A stretch of 63,981 nucleotides of DNA, counting the filler, from Bigelowiella natans CCMP2755 (taxonomy: Eukaryota > Protista > Cercozoa), in assembly GCA_000320545.1 (NCBI GenBank). It is 5 parts of 5 records of this genome, joined end to end, with 100 filler letters (N's around TTAATTAATTAA, not from the genome) between each part and the next. Parts side by side here need not be neighbours in the genome. Positions count along the whole stretch, not along the records: positions 1 to 24,081 come from ADNK01001319.1; positions 24,182 to 35,279 come from ADNK01000652.1; 3 more parts are not named here. One strand, 5' to 3'. The notes under the pieces were generated by a model. It had not been told where the DNA came from, ran no database searches, and worked only from the letters and a program-made list of their open reading frames with translations. The position numbers and the translations under genes are program-made. This document shows, piece by piece, positions 11,000 to 24,384 of the stretch (positions are counted from its first letter, which is position 1; each line of letters begins with the position of its first letter).

Positions 11000-11466
11000 C
11001 TGTGAGATACATGCTCCAACCAACGATAGGAATCAAGAAGTTACTTGTCTTTGATACAAACTGAAGGTAATAACAATGTTATTAATAATACTATTAATGA
11101 CGCATGAATTTATAAGAGCTGGATTGGATGACATCGACGACGACGACGAACATAGGCTCAAAATATAGAATCCATTCAGCAACTAGAAACTTGCTATAAA
11201 CACAGAAAATGAAAACAAACACACACACACACACACACACACGCACGCACGCACGCACATAACAAACGATACATCATAGCACGCACGGTCGTGCATTCAG
11301 CAGCCACAAATGGTTTCTGTAACCAACATTTACTACTACTACTACTAATACTACTACTACTACCACTACTACCTTGAAGGGACGTGGTAGCCAAGTGAGA
11401 AGGGTATAGATATCCAAGTACGACTAGAATGTTTCAACACACACAAAGCGCGCGCGCGCGCGCACA

Positions 11467-11510
<44 letters not shown>

Positions 11511-12669
11511 AAACACAGAGAACACACCATGAGTACATGCTACATCAACTCCTACATTTAAACAAAGTGATGGTGTAGAGCTGTGCTGCTCATTGGATAT
11601 TTTCAGTGAATCTTGTTTTCCAGTATGGAAGGAGGCAAATATAATAGTGATTATTATTGTTTACTTACTTGATGATTTGCCACATAGACGCAAGGCTCTT
11701 TGGGACCAGGCAGGTTCTCAATTCCCACCACCTTTATAGAAGCAGCAAGAATAACAACGACAACAATAAAAGGAGACCGCAACGAGAAAACGAGCAGCAA
11801 AGAGATTAAAAATTACGTGCATTATCTATGCGAACAGTTCCGTTGCTACTACAAATGAAACTTGATGATTCAAGATCTTTGAAAATGATATGAACTCAAT
11901 TGCTACTACGAACAATACTCATTATTCCTCTCCCTTACTCTCCTCCCCACCCTCTCGTCTCTATATTAGAAGAAGAAAAGTTGAAAGCTCCCTGTATCCC
12001 CCCCCCCCCCCCCTTCATCCTCCTCCTCCTCCTCCTCCTCCTCCTCCTCCTTCTCTTCTTCCTCCTCCAGTTACTAGTACTGCTACCTCTGTATTGTATA
12101 AGGGCATGGTGGATGCTGACGCCCAAAAGGCATTCACTGCGTGCTCTCCGGCCCTGTAAGAGAACGACGGAAGAGCAAAGAAACACAAACATTACTTCTC
12201 CGTGTGTATTTTATAGAACAAGAAGAGATTATGCAGTATAGAGTAGTACCTTCGATATTTGTCGGTAGCCAACACCACAGGGGCAATAGCCAGCTAAAAT
12301 ATGGAAAATTGCTCTCTCAGAAGAAATTGATGCATTGAATCATGACAGAACAAGACTAATAGAGACTGGGGGGGGAAGGGAGGGCGGGGGGGGTGAGTAT
12401 ATTAGAGTCTTATTTATAGTGTGTGCTCAGCTGCAGGACCATGACTACGAAGAGGGGTATCGATATGACTCCTAAAAGCAAGCACCAGTTAAGTTTATTC
12501 AACAGAAGGATAATTGTTGTGTGACGAATGTGAAAGTTTGATTGCATTATATGCAAAACACAATGATTCACTAATCTACCTGTGAGCAGATAAAACGCAA
12601 TGGCCCTAGCTTTCGCTAACTGAGACCAGACCAAACAAGATGTGTGAAAACCAATATCACTCTTCATTT

Positions 12670-12759
<90 letters not shown>

Positions 12760-13415
12760 ATCTCATATATTAGATACCCTCGTAGCCAGCGGCGGTCCAG
12801 AGAGGGGGGTTGATGCCGACGTGATAGCTTCAGCTGAAGATTGGGGAAGTATTTGCCATCGTTTGCCAGTTTGTTTACGAGATTTTTCCTTGAAAGTGCT
12901 GACTTCGTGGAGAGAACGACCAATTGCTCTGAACATATTAAAGTCACCCATTCATTCGGTCAGTGTTTCCTTATTTTCAAGTGCGCGTAACCCGTGCTGA
13001 CCTAAGTTTTCGCAACACGTGTCGTTGCCTTTCATTCAAAATTCTTGATCCATCAGTCCCAGGCATCGAAGTTAACACGCGGGAGGGCGTGTTCGTGGTC
13101 ACACCCCACCTTCTACTCATCCTCTGCTGCTGCTGCTGCTGCTGGTGCTGGTGCTGGTGGTGTTGGGGGTTTTTGAAACTTGCATGCTGAAGCGGTGCAT
13201 GGCTAAGCAGGGATGAAACTGTGGGATTGATCGATTTTCTTGCAGTGGCTGGAGCCGCAAGTATTGGCGATCCAATCTGAGAAATAAGCTAATTAAGATT
13301 GAAGCTCAGGAGTGAAACACACGGTGTGCATCATCTTCCACAACACAGCGCACAGCCCCCAAAGGTGCAAAAGGAACCACGCAATAGATTTTAGTGAGGT
13401 CCACAAATATTCCAT
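9357..13415 (-). CDS. 1-acyl-sn-glycerol-3-phosphate acyltransferase (LPAAT/PlsC, plastid LPAT1-like), many short exons; start approximate
   Basis: Exons read GIENLPGPKEPCVYVANHQ|SYLDIYTLLTWLPRPFK|FVSKTSNFLIPIVGWSMYLT|GHVGLDRMDRRSQ|...|VLLFPEGTRT...MGEFKKGAFSIAKKAG|VPIVPISLVGTG...VIHPRI...SALPPGSY*. NHxxxxD and FPEGTR motifs present. Stop TAA at 9359-9357. Confidence 0.92.
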
Positions 13416-13832
13416 ATCTACCCAATTTATGAATAATGTATGACCGCAAGGACTAAGACGAGCCACGAAGCGTATGGGGGGGGGATCGGGGGCATGGGCC
13501 TAAGAGGCTGGCACGTGTCCGTCACGTAGATGATGGGAAGGCCGAAGAATTAATGTAAGATCGAGGTAAGAGAGAAATTCAGATCGATATTATTTGTGCG
13601 ACATGAAAATAATGAGTCATCGTGGTTTGAACTGCATTTTTATTCCCTGAGACAGCGTCAATCCATGCCGCACAACAGAAATCCTAATCATTTTGGAAAA
13701 AACGAAACTCCCTGTTGTTGGTGACAAATAACTTATCGCGACAATATGAAACACCTTGACGTCTCCGGAAAATGGCCTTGAAAGTGATTTGTTAGGCAAG
13801 GAAGGCTTCATGAAAATTCTTCACAATCCACA

Positions 13833-14801
13833 ATGGTCACAACGGAAGAAAAACATGATGGAAGAAAAGATGAGATAGAAGTAACATGGGAGGACATAGA
13901 GCGTAATGGGTTCGTTCGTATCCCATTTCTACGAGGAGATCAATTCAATAATATAAAAAAGAATGTGGACGCTGTTGTAGAAGAAGCAGGACAGGACGAT
14001 CCAGGTAATTCCTGCCTACACACGTTGCCAGTGTGTTGATTTCTCATTTTAACTGTTGTAAGAAAACTGGTATACACGATCAAAGATGCTTTCTGTTTGC
14101 GATGGATCTGTTCGGTACGCCAACTTCGAGGGCACGCAAATTCAAACGAAAAACAAGACACTTCAAGACCTCCGACACAGCGTATGCTCTAAAGTTGCCC
14201 CTTTGGTTGGGAAAGACGTTAAAGTTAGTGGGGGCGGGAAGCTTGCAATTCGATATTCCAGGCCTTCTCTTGCGCCATGGACAACGCCAATTTTTGGATG
14301 GCACATAGAGAGGGGAGCAGGAGATGGGTTGCGGGCTACAACTCTCGCATGTCTGACCAAGGTTGACAAAGGGGGGGGAGGCTTGACTGTTATTCCTGGT
14401 TCTCATCGTTGGAGTTGGATCCATCAGATTATGAGTTTGAAGCTACCTTACTTTTTCTCCGTGCTAATTGCCCACATAGTTGCATGGATATGCATGCCAT
14501 GGGCAGTTGAGGTAGTAGACATTTGTTTCAGTTTATGTCGGTGCAAGCTCTGAATCCTCATTAATTTGGTAGGTTACGGCCGATGAAGGGGAACTCATTA
14601 TTATGGACCCATACCTTGTACATTCTTCATCAGTCAATGTGTCTAGAAGACCGAGGTTGGTGCTACAGTACAAGGCGGGTACTTGTGGTGTTGGGTTGCC
14701 TTCGTGACGAAGCAAAGTTGATGTCCCATTTTTTCAAGTCGAATGAACTTGCAGTGGCACATCCTTTTCAGATTAACATACTTAAAATAACTGCTGTCTA
14801 G
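13833..14801 (+). CDS. Phytanoyl-CoA dioxygenase (PhyH) family Fe(II)/2OG oxygenase
   Basis: IERNGFVRIP...GWHIE...LTKVDKGGGGLTVIPGSH...VTADEGELIIMDPYLVHSSSVN...RLVLQ, in about 4 exons. Confidence 0.8.
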
Positions 14802-15005
14802 GACTAGGGAAGCAACTAGCTATAGCACTTATCCAAACAAAGGAGACACATTTGTACAGCTACGACAAGAATGTGATTAAGTTACATTATCAGTCTTTTA
14901 CTTCGCATGTGGCACATTATATGCATGGCTCTATGTGCACGCACAACTTAAGAATTACCCCTCACCCCACACACATACATCTAAACATGCATGTGCATAC
15001 TAGAC

Positions 15006-15044
<39 letters not shown>

Positions 15045-15424
15045 CATTAATCGCAACTCTGTTGCATGCTACGCTAACGATGTATCTGGACATATGCACG
15101 TACTTACGTACATCTGCTCATCATAGTCTGAACACACAAATATTCCTATGTGAGCTCACACAACAAGACAAAACAACATTTCGTGCGCAGCGTTGCGAAT
15201 CGAAAAAAAAAAAACTATGCGTGCGCACAATGAAGGATGACAGAGTACACTATAACTACAATAAATATCGAGGAGTCTCATCAATAGATCTTGCAATTTT
15301 GTTAATAGGGCGTTTGTAGTTACTACATGCATCTCTATATCTTTACATGCACGCATGTATGATGTCAATACATGATGTCATATGGATATGAATATGTTTT
15401 CATTTTTCATTATTTTTTTAAAAT

Positions 15425-16168
15425 TCATTTCTTAGAAGCAGTATAGAAACAGGTTGCAGTGCTATCACGCCTAAAATGGTGCTCGTTAAGTACTTGAGCT
15501 ATAGCGGCAGCTATCTTAGAACCCCCTCTGGCTGATGGCTCTATTGGATTTGCCCAGTCTCCTTGATTCGTCATTACTGTACGAAAATCTAGTATTGGTA
15601 GATGCCTCGGAGTAATTTCCTTTACCATGCAGTCAATAAATAAAGAAAGTGCCACTTCCATAGCTTCCTGCTTGGCTTTAAATTGTGCGAAATGTTCGAC
15701 CTTAGGGGCATATTGGAGGCATACCAGTGTAGGTAGTTTCAATTTCATGACAGCTTCGAGCATCGCTGAGTATTCTTTCGAAAATTTTCGTTGTACTTCA
15801 CGTAGTTTGAGCAAAGCACTATGAACATCTGTGGCATTACTTTTCAGGACACTGAGATACTTTAGTGCATTATTTCCACCAGCAGATACCACGATATGAG
15901 TTGCTCCACGAGGGATCTTTGGAATTTGCTTCTGCACGAGACTTTGCAAAACGGACCCATCTTGTGCCACAAGCGTGACCTTATTCTTCCTTTCTTTCAC
16001 GTCGTCACCCTGATTTAGCAGATCTCGAAGGTGATCGGTCACGCATTTCCCCTCCTTGACGTAGCCCTTATTGTCCAATGTCGAATCGCCAAGCAGAACT
16101 ACGTGTACGGGTTTTCGTAAAGGCTCAGAGGTAGCACCCGCCTCTCCTTTCGATCCCTTGTTCCCCAT
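15425..16168 (-). CDS. SGNH/GDSL-like hydrolase, intronless, possible N-myristoylation
   Basis: MGNKGS N-terminus, VVLLGDSTLDN (block I), QDGS, SAGGNN (block III), DWANPIEPSARGG (block V variant). Confidence 0.85.
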   Translation of the reverse strand: MGNKGSKGEAGATSEPLRKPVHVVLLGDSTLDNKGYVKEGKCVTDHLRDLLNQGDDVKERKNKVTLVAQDGSVLQSLVQKQIPKIPRGATHIVVSAGGNNALKYLSVLKSNATDVHSALLKLREVQRKFSKEYSAMLEAVMKLKLPTLVCLQYAPKVEHFAQFKAKQEAMEVALSLFIDCMVKEITPRHLPILDFRTVMTNQGDWANPIEPSARGGSKIAAAIAQVLNEHHFRRDSTATCFYTASKK

Positions 16169-16367
16169 TCGACTACTGTTCTGTGCTAGCTGTGATGCTC
16201 TTGCTGCTGGGCTGTAATAAATTGTGTCAACGATGATGTCGCACATAGAATATCGCCTATATTACCTACGATAATTACTGCTGCGACAAGGCAATCGAAG
16301 CTACTAAGCTCCCACCCTCAGAATCCAACACTTCCCAAGCAAGGAACTAGCTACACAACGCCCTCCC

Positions 16368-17460
16368 CATGAGCAACGAGGACGATTCAGAGATTCGGTA
16401 GGTCTACACATCTCTTTTTCAAAAAAAGAAGACCGCTCAAAGGTGTTTGGTGCTACCGTGTAAATGGCGCACTGACATACGCTCGTACACCGAAGCTGTT
16501 GATGATGACGGGGGATGCAGAAGTAAGCCAAATATGAGATTTTGCTAAGTACGCATGCTTTTCAGGTCTACTGCTCGCTTGTTACGACACTCTGTTAACC
16601 GAGGTAATTGATGCGTTCATCGATTACATTTTTGTGACAGTAATCCTCTCTTTCATTTGCAGAATGCTATCTATATCATCATACAAACCCCCCTGACCCT
16701 ATTTCTCTGTATCTCTTACCCCTGTGTGAATAATATGGCGTTATCAACCACTACGATGGCAATTGTAACACTGGTTTCAAGTTCTCACCAACGCGAATAC
16801 TTCGTTCTCGGTGGCCGCTACCGAGGTCGACAAGAAAACGGAGTCCATAGAGTCTAATTACCAAGGTAAAAACATAAATCGGCAGAAAGCAACAAGGGTT
16901 TTATATCCAGTTGTGAGGTGCCTCGTTTATTCATTCTAATTTCATTTTTAAGATTTCTTGATGGGCAATACGCTCTTTACTCTGCTGTTCATCTATCAGG
17001 AAATGTATCTAGATTCAGAGCATGGAGAGACACTACAGATCCAGCTTGGGTTTTAGGCACCATGTTCCTTGGAACCGCACTCGTTTCCAGACCAGGTGCT
17101 AACTTTCATATGAATATACGTGAATCCACGATTCTGTATTTCTATCTACATTACGTTTGGTATGCTATGTGGTGCACCGCAACCAAATATAGTTTTGCCC
17201 CGGGGCCAAATAATATGAGATAATGAAGAATATCCTATCGTTTAAATTGACTTTTTCTTGTCGTTTGTTTCGATAACATGCCATACAGCGGGTACAATGC
17301 CGATGATAAGGAACGCTGTGATATCGACTGGATTATTTTCATGGCTCCTGTATCCCCAACTCACAGGGGAAGGCGTCATTATGGCGAAGCAAATGATGAA
17401 GTCATCGATAAAAAGAAGATTAGAATAGATAGAAAAAGCACGAGTGCCGATGCCATATAA
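16368..17460 (+). CDS. Hypothetical spliced protein (function unknown)
   Basis: Series of AG...GT-bounded open segments, for example FLDGQYALYSAVHLSGNVSRFRAWRDTTDPAWVLGTMFLG. No recognised motif; exon structure uncertain. Confidence 0.3.
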
Positions 17461-17650
17461 CTCCTTGGTTCTGACGTAATACGTAGAAAGTTCATCTTGT
17501 ATATGATGTTCTCTCGTCTCATATGATGTACTCGTATGAAATTTTAGACACGCAAGCATAGATTTGTACCAAACATGAACGCAGCAGCTCTTTCATGATT
17601 TCAAAAATAGCGCGCTTGCTGTGCGCGCAAGAGTTTTTAATATAAATATG

Positions 17651-17699
<49 letters not shown>

Positions 17700-18315
17700 A
17701 CTAGACAATGCGCTGTTGCTACAGAATTTTTGTTCGGCGTTAAAGGCCGCACTAGCGTATTCAGCACGGCATTCATTCGATCTAGCGAGTCGAGCATATT
17801 CACATCGATTGGCCTACATGCAATGAAGCTTGCAGAATGCAGGATTCTCATACATGCGACATGCATGTACACGCGCGTTTTTCATCGTGCATGTTGTGCT
17901 AGCATGCATGTACGCATGCGCACAAGTATGCTTTATTAGCGCCACAACTAAGCTTCTGCACACGGAAAGTTAGCAGTGACTGTCACTGCACATCATAATG
18001 CTTCCATCACATTAAAGTATGTATGCGTTTTCGGTGCGATGCTGACCGGACTATGGCGATGATGATGAACAGATTTTGTGCCTTGTTTTGTCGACTGATC
18101 TAAATGTGCAGCAATGATGATGCTGATTCCATTTGAAGGGGGAGAAGGAGGAGGACAAGGGGGTGCAAGGAGACGAGGCGAGCGGCTTAGACAAAGAGTG
18201 GGGGCAGAAGATCTTCATCATCGACAAAAGAGGATGTTTCACCCGCGTTTGCTACTCTCGTCTGCACCTAATATAATTCGTACAACACGAACACACACAA
18301 CTACATATATAAATA

Positions 18316-18352
<37 letters not shown>

Positions 18353-18696
18353 GTTATATATACATTTATAAATATTTTACATATAACATAAATATCATAA
18401 TTATGTTTCTGGGGGAAAACATTTCTGTTTCTATGGATTACACTATCTCCCTATAAAATCAAATACATTTTCGCTAAATGTTTCTGGCTTGATAAGATCA
18501 AATATCTTTTGAGAAAATGACGAAGAGTGAAATGGGTAGGCCACAACAAAATAGACAGCTGGATGCAGTAGAATATTTTGTTGCTGCTACTGCTACTACT
18601 ACTGGTAATGCAGATCCTTAAGCAATTTTGTAGGTGCTATTTCGTGCCAACTCTCATAATCTAAATCCCTCTGTGTTCATGTTGATGTAAATAACT

Positions 18697-19702
18697 TTAA
18701 TTTGAATCATTGGGGGGCAGAGAAGGTGGGGGTTTGGGGGCGGGGCGACCTTCTTTTCCGTTTCCTTCTCCCTTCTTCTCTTCCTCAATGGTGAATCGAG
18801 CTATTAGCTTCTCCAGCTCAGAGGACATTGCCTCACCAACTAACTCCTGGATTTGCATTACCGGGTAGATACCGTTCATAGCACCTGAATCAATGAGGAC
18901 AAAATCAATTTTGGCTCTTTTTGCTGTTGAAGTTGCGTAGTGGTAGTGGTGGTGGGATGCTGCAACCGTAGAACTGAGCGAGAAATTCATCCTTCGAAAC
19001 TTTCCCATCCTTATTTTCGTCCATCAGCTGTTTGAACTTATCGTACGTCTGCTTTGTGCAGAGGGGCTCTGTAGCCTACATATGTATATGGTGAGGCGTG
19101 GTCTCGCTCTCTTTTTCTCGTCTTCTCTCTCTCTCCCTCTCTCTGTCCCACCTCCCCCCCCCCCCATCTCTCTTTGTGGGTGGTCTGCTCTGCATATTTT
19201 AGAGAGATACCCGGGTATATTTGCTATAATCCGAAGTTCGGTCAGATGACCCTAGACATATCAACCCAATAATGTATATCTACGATACCTCTAACCAACC
19301 TAACCTACTACACGATGCCACTCATTACCGCTTGGGAAGCAGCAGGAATTTGTGTCTCAACCATATTCTCAGCTTCTTTTTTGAGCTAAAGGAACGGTAG
19401 ATGTTGTTGGTCAATGTGTGTTGCTTGCTCGCCAATAGGCGGTTCGTCAGCTATCTATTGGGCAAAGTATTTCACGAGTCGGGTGGGAGGGAGAAATATC
19501 CTCTCCAGCTAGAGGGTGAATAAATAATACCCGAGGGGGGGGGGTAGCACCCACGCCCATTTGTTCGTGCAAAGTCATCGGTGAGGAGCTCACAAAATAT
19601 AACCAACCGTGTTCAGATAGCGCTTGCTATTTCTTTTGCATAGCACACCATCATATCGTTGGCTACTACTACTAGTAGTACTACTACTACCACTACTGCT
19701 AC

Positions 19703-19768
<66 letters not shown>

Positions 19769-20713
19769 CTCCGGAAGATTTTCTTTGGGAATTTTGGGGC
19801 AATCAACTAAAAGCCCTAAGAAAGGAGGAATGGATGTAGGCAGGGAGTTGTTTTAAGTCCGATACACAAATAGTTTTCAGGGAAAAACTAATGGTGGCAC
19901 CCTCTTCAATTGCAGATAGACTTTCAGCAATTTCCTCTTTAAGTCCAGCAGCGAGTGTACTTTCCAGAGCTTTATTGTAGGCACTAATCGCAACCTAACG
20001 GTGATGTAAGCAATGCACCGGGGCGATGATGATGAGTAAGGCGAATATGAATGCTCTCCCACCACGGAACCTAGCGTTAGCTTGGTCGGCAAAGAGAATT
20101 GATCGAAATCGTTACCTCGCACATTTTTTCTGTGTCAGTATCGCTTAGATTCCCGTCTTTATCTGCACCGTAAGCCTCCCAGATCTTATTGCAGCAAACA
20201 ACACGCCAATTTCACAGTTGTCAAGTTTAAGCAATTGGGTTTCGAACTTTTTAGCGTCATCAAGCTACACAAATTTAGTAAACCAACACCGCTTCAAGAT
20301 CCTCTTTGCATTCCTGGGTAACAAACAGACACCTCCTCACTGCACATCCAACATTAACAAACAAATGAGAGCAGCGATACTTACATCTGCAACTGCTTTC
20401 AATTCAGATTTCCGAAGCTCCTGCATCTTAGATCCATCGCCTTGAAGTACTGCCATCTGGGCTTCCCGCATGCTTCTCGTGAAGTCTCCGTCTTGCATCC
20501 TGGCCATTGCTTGCGCTCGCCCAGTCTTAAACACGCGCACCATTAGAGACCGCACTCCTGTGGAGAGCCATTGTTAAAATAAAGGCAGAGGACGAGAGTG
20601 GCGAGTACACCAAGAATAAACGACGACGTGCAAACGATGATACATGCTAGGCAAGCAGTAAGCGCACCTCCTCCTCCTTCTTCATTCTTGACGGATTTCG
20701 CTTCGTCGCTCAT
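18697..20713 (-). CDS. EF-hand calcium-binding protein, multi-exon
   Basis: MSDEAKSVK start. Exons contain KIWEAYGADKDGNLSDTD and FKQLMDENKDGKVSKDEF (canonical EF loop). The last exon is the end of the 18697-19008 ORF. Confidence 0.7.
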
Positions 20714-20799
20714 CGTGAGCGATAGTCAGCGGCGTCTGTGTCTGAGGTTATTAAGGCACTTTGTACTTACGACATGAAAACACGATGTCGTTGGTGTAA

Positions 20800-21624
20800 A
20801 TGGGCCATAAAATGCAGGTAAAACTACTGAATCCCGTTACTACCGGGATTCGTAGCCTGAACGGCCAACACAGTTGCCACACTCCCCCTCTTCATCAAGG
20901 TGCTTTTCCTGTGCGAGCTAGTAAGAAGAGGACGAGACGGAGGATCTTGCTTGCTGTCACCAGGCGGCGACATTTGAGCAAAGAGATTGCGGAGGATCGG
21001 TTGGGCAGGACGAATAGGCGACGGAAAGGCAGCCATGACCCTCATTCTTCTTGCCTTCGCTGCAGCTATGAGTCTCCCCCATTCTGGCTCAAGACCACGA
21101 AGTGTGGGTTCTGGAAAACCACTATGGAGGCCACGAAGGGTTGCAGGTTTGCTTCGGAGCAGGTGAAGCGATACTATTTGAGTCACACCACCAACATCAA
21201 ACCACCTTTTAATACTCTCGTATAACCTTTTAGGCGCAGCTTTACTAACAGTGCTCGTCGTAATCGAGCAGACTCCTCATCCCCCCCCGGAAGCCGAAAA
21301 CGCTTCCAAGACACCAACCCACCATTGTTTCCCGATCTTGACGATTACGACATTACAATCTCAGAGCCATCATCAAAAAGTTCATCATCCAAGCCTGCTC
21401 AGGAAAAGCAGCATCGTACCGAACCGTTGACCGAAGGCGCACCAACATCCAACAAGGAACACAGTGATGATCGCAGATCATCTACTATCCCTAAGAGGGA
21501 TGCTAAAGGGATAGATTGCCCCCATTTCGATGTTTGCTCCGGGTGCAGTTTTAAGGATCATCTAGAGCACGTTCCAATCGCTAGTGCAGCAAAATCGTTC
21601 TTCGAGAAAGAGCTTGGGTCATAT

Positions 21625-21670
<46 letters not shown>

Positions 21671-22166
21671 CGTGTGTGTATATGTGTTGCATATCGGTGG
21701 TGACGTGCATTCACACATGCAGAGATGGTGACTGATATAGTTCGCCTGTGTTTATGCAGCTATTCTCCCTTTCACGCTCACATGTCCAACGCTTACGGCT
21801 GGCGCACACAGGTAGTAAGTGCTGCATTTAGTTGTTGTAGTGTGCTACTATCTCGTGATGAGGACACTGCATCAAATCATCTTATTTCCACTCCGAACTC
21901 CACAGGCTAAGCTTGCAGTCAGATCCACTTCCTCGATAGCAAGAAAAGATAAGAATAAGGTCTCAAACAGAAGAAAGTCTGGGTTAGTAACAATAGAATT
22001 AGGAGTAGTAGTAGTTGAAGTAGTTGTAGTAGTAGTAGTGTTGTCGCGGAGAGACAGTGGTAGATGCTGCAGAGCAACGTTGTTGAGTAGCAGCACATAT
22101 TGGATTAGAAGTAAATCCAAAACAATTACATCGTCTTCGACGGCCTAAAATGACACGTATATAATC

Positions 22167-22204
<38 letters not shown>

Positions 22205-23660
22205 ATATGTATATATTCTTCACAGCACGGAATACTACTTTCAAATATGCACTTATTCGTGCATTGGGCAATTACACAACCCCGTATTGTATATATCTGA
22301 TACGATGCTGCTTGAAGTCATTCACCCACTCTCCCTCGTTTCCACAGGAATTTAGAAATCGGCCTATTTTATGCGGGTTCGCACCAGCTCGTTACTATAC
22401 CCGATTGCTACGTGCATCATCCAAAGTCGGACAGGAAAGGGGGAGGGGGGGGGGGGGAAGAGGGAAAGGAGAGCAACAAATTATTGCACACAGCTACTAT
22501 CTACTTGTCGCGTATTAGCTGCTTGGTAGTTACTAAATCTTCTCCTACTCCTCCTGCTCTACAACTCGCCTGGAATAGTTACTCACATGCATGTACGCAC
22601 GTGTTGGAACATGGCTGCTTATTCTTCTTCCTTCCAACGTCGCTCCACAACCCGTGAGAGTAAGGTATTATGTTTGATTGCTACCGAAGGATAAATGAGG
22701 CGATACGATATGTCAAGGCAGCTGCCATTGCTTGTCGTATCTCCCCGTACGATGAGCGCTCTCGGAGAGGAAACTTGAGGTATTGGTGGCTTTTTTCACC
22801 AAGATTCTGCTGCTACTGCTGCTGCTACTGATGCTGATGATGATGATCTTCTCCTGATTGCCATCCTCAGGTACATTCAGCTTGCAGTACAGAGACACAC
22901 AGGAAAGGTATCGTTGATGGTGAGAAGAATGGAAATGGCCACGAGAGCATGGGCAACTAGGATGCAATGCCGTGATGATGATGATGATGATGATGATGAC
23001 GATGATTATAATGATGTAGAACATCCGCACTTTTCCTTCCCCTCCTGTCACCCGGCAACTCATCATCAACCTCATCATCCTCTTCATAGTCACATCTCCA
23101 CTATCTCCTGTTCGTAAACTAGCAGCTTCACCACCATCTCCTTAATTGTGTAGGTTCAGCTGACGTTAGTATGGAATGATGGTGGAGATGGTGGCGGTGG
23201 TGGCCGCTCCTCCTCCTCCTCCTCATCATCATCATCAACGTCATCGTACTCGCCAGTGCTCAATGCCTTCATCAGGGTGGGTAGCTAAGAGAGGCGGAGA
23301 AGGAAAGCATAAGAGATAGAACATACAAACCATGTGGTATTATATTACTACGCACAATGCCAGCAAACGCATAGAGAAATAGGATAACCTTTAAGTTGTC
23401 AGATGTAGAAAAGCCCGGACTACCACCATGATCATCATCATCATCATCATCATCGTCGTCGTCATCATCATCACCATATTCACCGTATTCAGCAACTTCA
23501 ACGGAGAGAGGGCGGAGGTACCATTTGGCACAGCGTGTGGGTAGTGAGCCTGATAATTATGAAAATGAGAATGATAAAAATGAGAATGATGATGATGATG
23601 ATGATGAGGCCTTCGAAGAAGAGCGCCTCTTTACAAAATATTTATTCATTTTCCCATCAA

Positions 23661-23696
<36 letters not shown>

Positions 23697-23796
23697 TGGT
23701 GTTGCTGTCGCTCATTACTCTCACATAGTGAAGTCCTTTCTTCTTGTCCTTTTCCTCCTCCTCCAACGGTATTCCTTCCTTATGTATTTCTCCTCG

Positions 23797-23847
<51 letters not shown>

Positions 23848-24081
23848 TCACATCTCTCTGCAGATCAACTTCAACACCATGCATAGCAATGCAATCTTTG
23901 ACTTCCGAAAAGACAGGTGCGGTACCACGACAAATAACGGGGGGGGGGGGGGGGGGGAGGAAAAAATAGGCAAGAGAGACCTCTTTTTCCTCCATACTCT
24001 CCTAAAAGGGACCCTAAAAAGTGTCTCCAAAAAATCCCTGAATAGCTCCCATAACATCAGGGGGAAAAAAATCAAAAAAGA
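20800..24081 (+). CDS. TrmA/RlmD-family RNA (uracil-5)-methyltransferase, 3' truncated by gap; start approximate
   Basis: IDCPHFDVCSGCSF (Fe-S Cys motif), YGWRTQ|AKLAVR, IGLFYAG, PDCYVHHP, PYDERSRRGNLR|YIQLAVQRHTGK|VQLTLVWN, INFNT...NAIF. Confidence 0.8.
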
Positions 24082-24181
24082 NNNNNNNNNNNNNNNNNNN
24101 NNNNNNNNNNNNNNNNNNNNNNNNNTTAATTAATTAANNNNNNNNNNNNNNNNNNNNNNNNNNNNNNNNNNNNNNNNNNNN
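24082..24181. other. Assembly spacer (N-TTAATTAATTAA-N)
   Basis: 100-bp N run with a central six-frame stop linker. Identical spacers occur at 35280-35379, 60564-60663 and 61813-61912. Confidence 0.97.
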
Positions 24182-24349
24182 GCCCCCCCCCTCCCTCCTA
24201 CCCGCCCCCTCCCCTCCCCTTTCTACAAGACCTGCATCAACATCTTCCAGAAGTATTATCGAGTTCAAGGGCGCCTCGCGCAGATTAGCAGCCAGTCTTT
24301 ACATGTGAAAGCAATGCCGGATGTTGGGCAGGGAATGGCGCAGATGGCC

Positions 24350-24384
<35 letters not shown>

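Noticed and set aside
24082-24181. Recurrent TTAATTAATTAA motif in N runs, and apparent tail-to-tail collision of the TrmA and BCS1 genes
   Set aside because: This is an artificial six-frame-stop spacer. Both genes are truncated by the join, so the adjacency is not evidence of biology.
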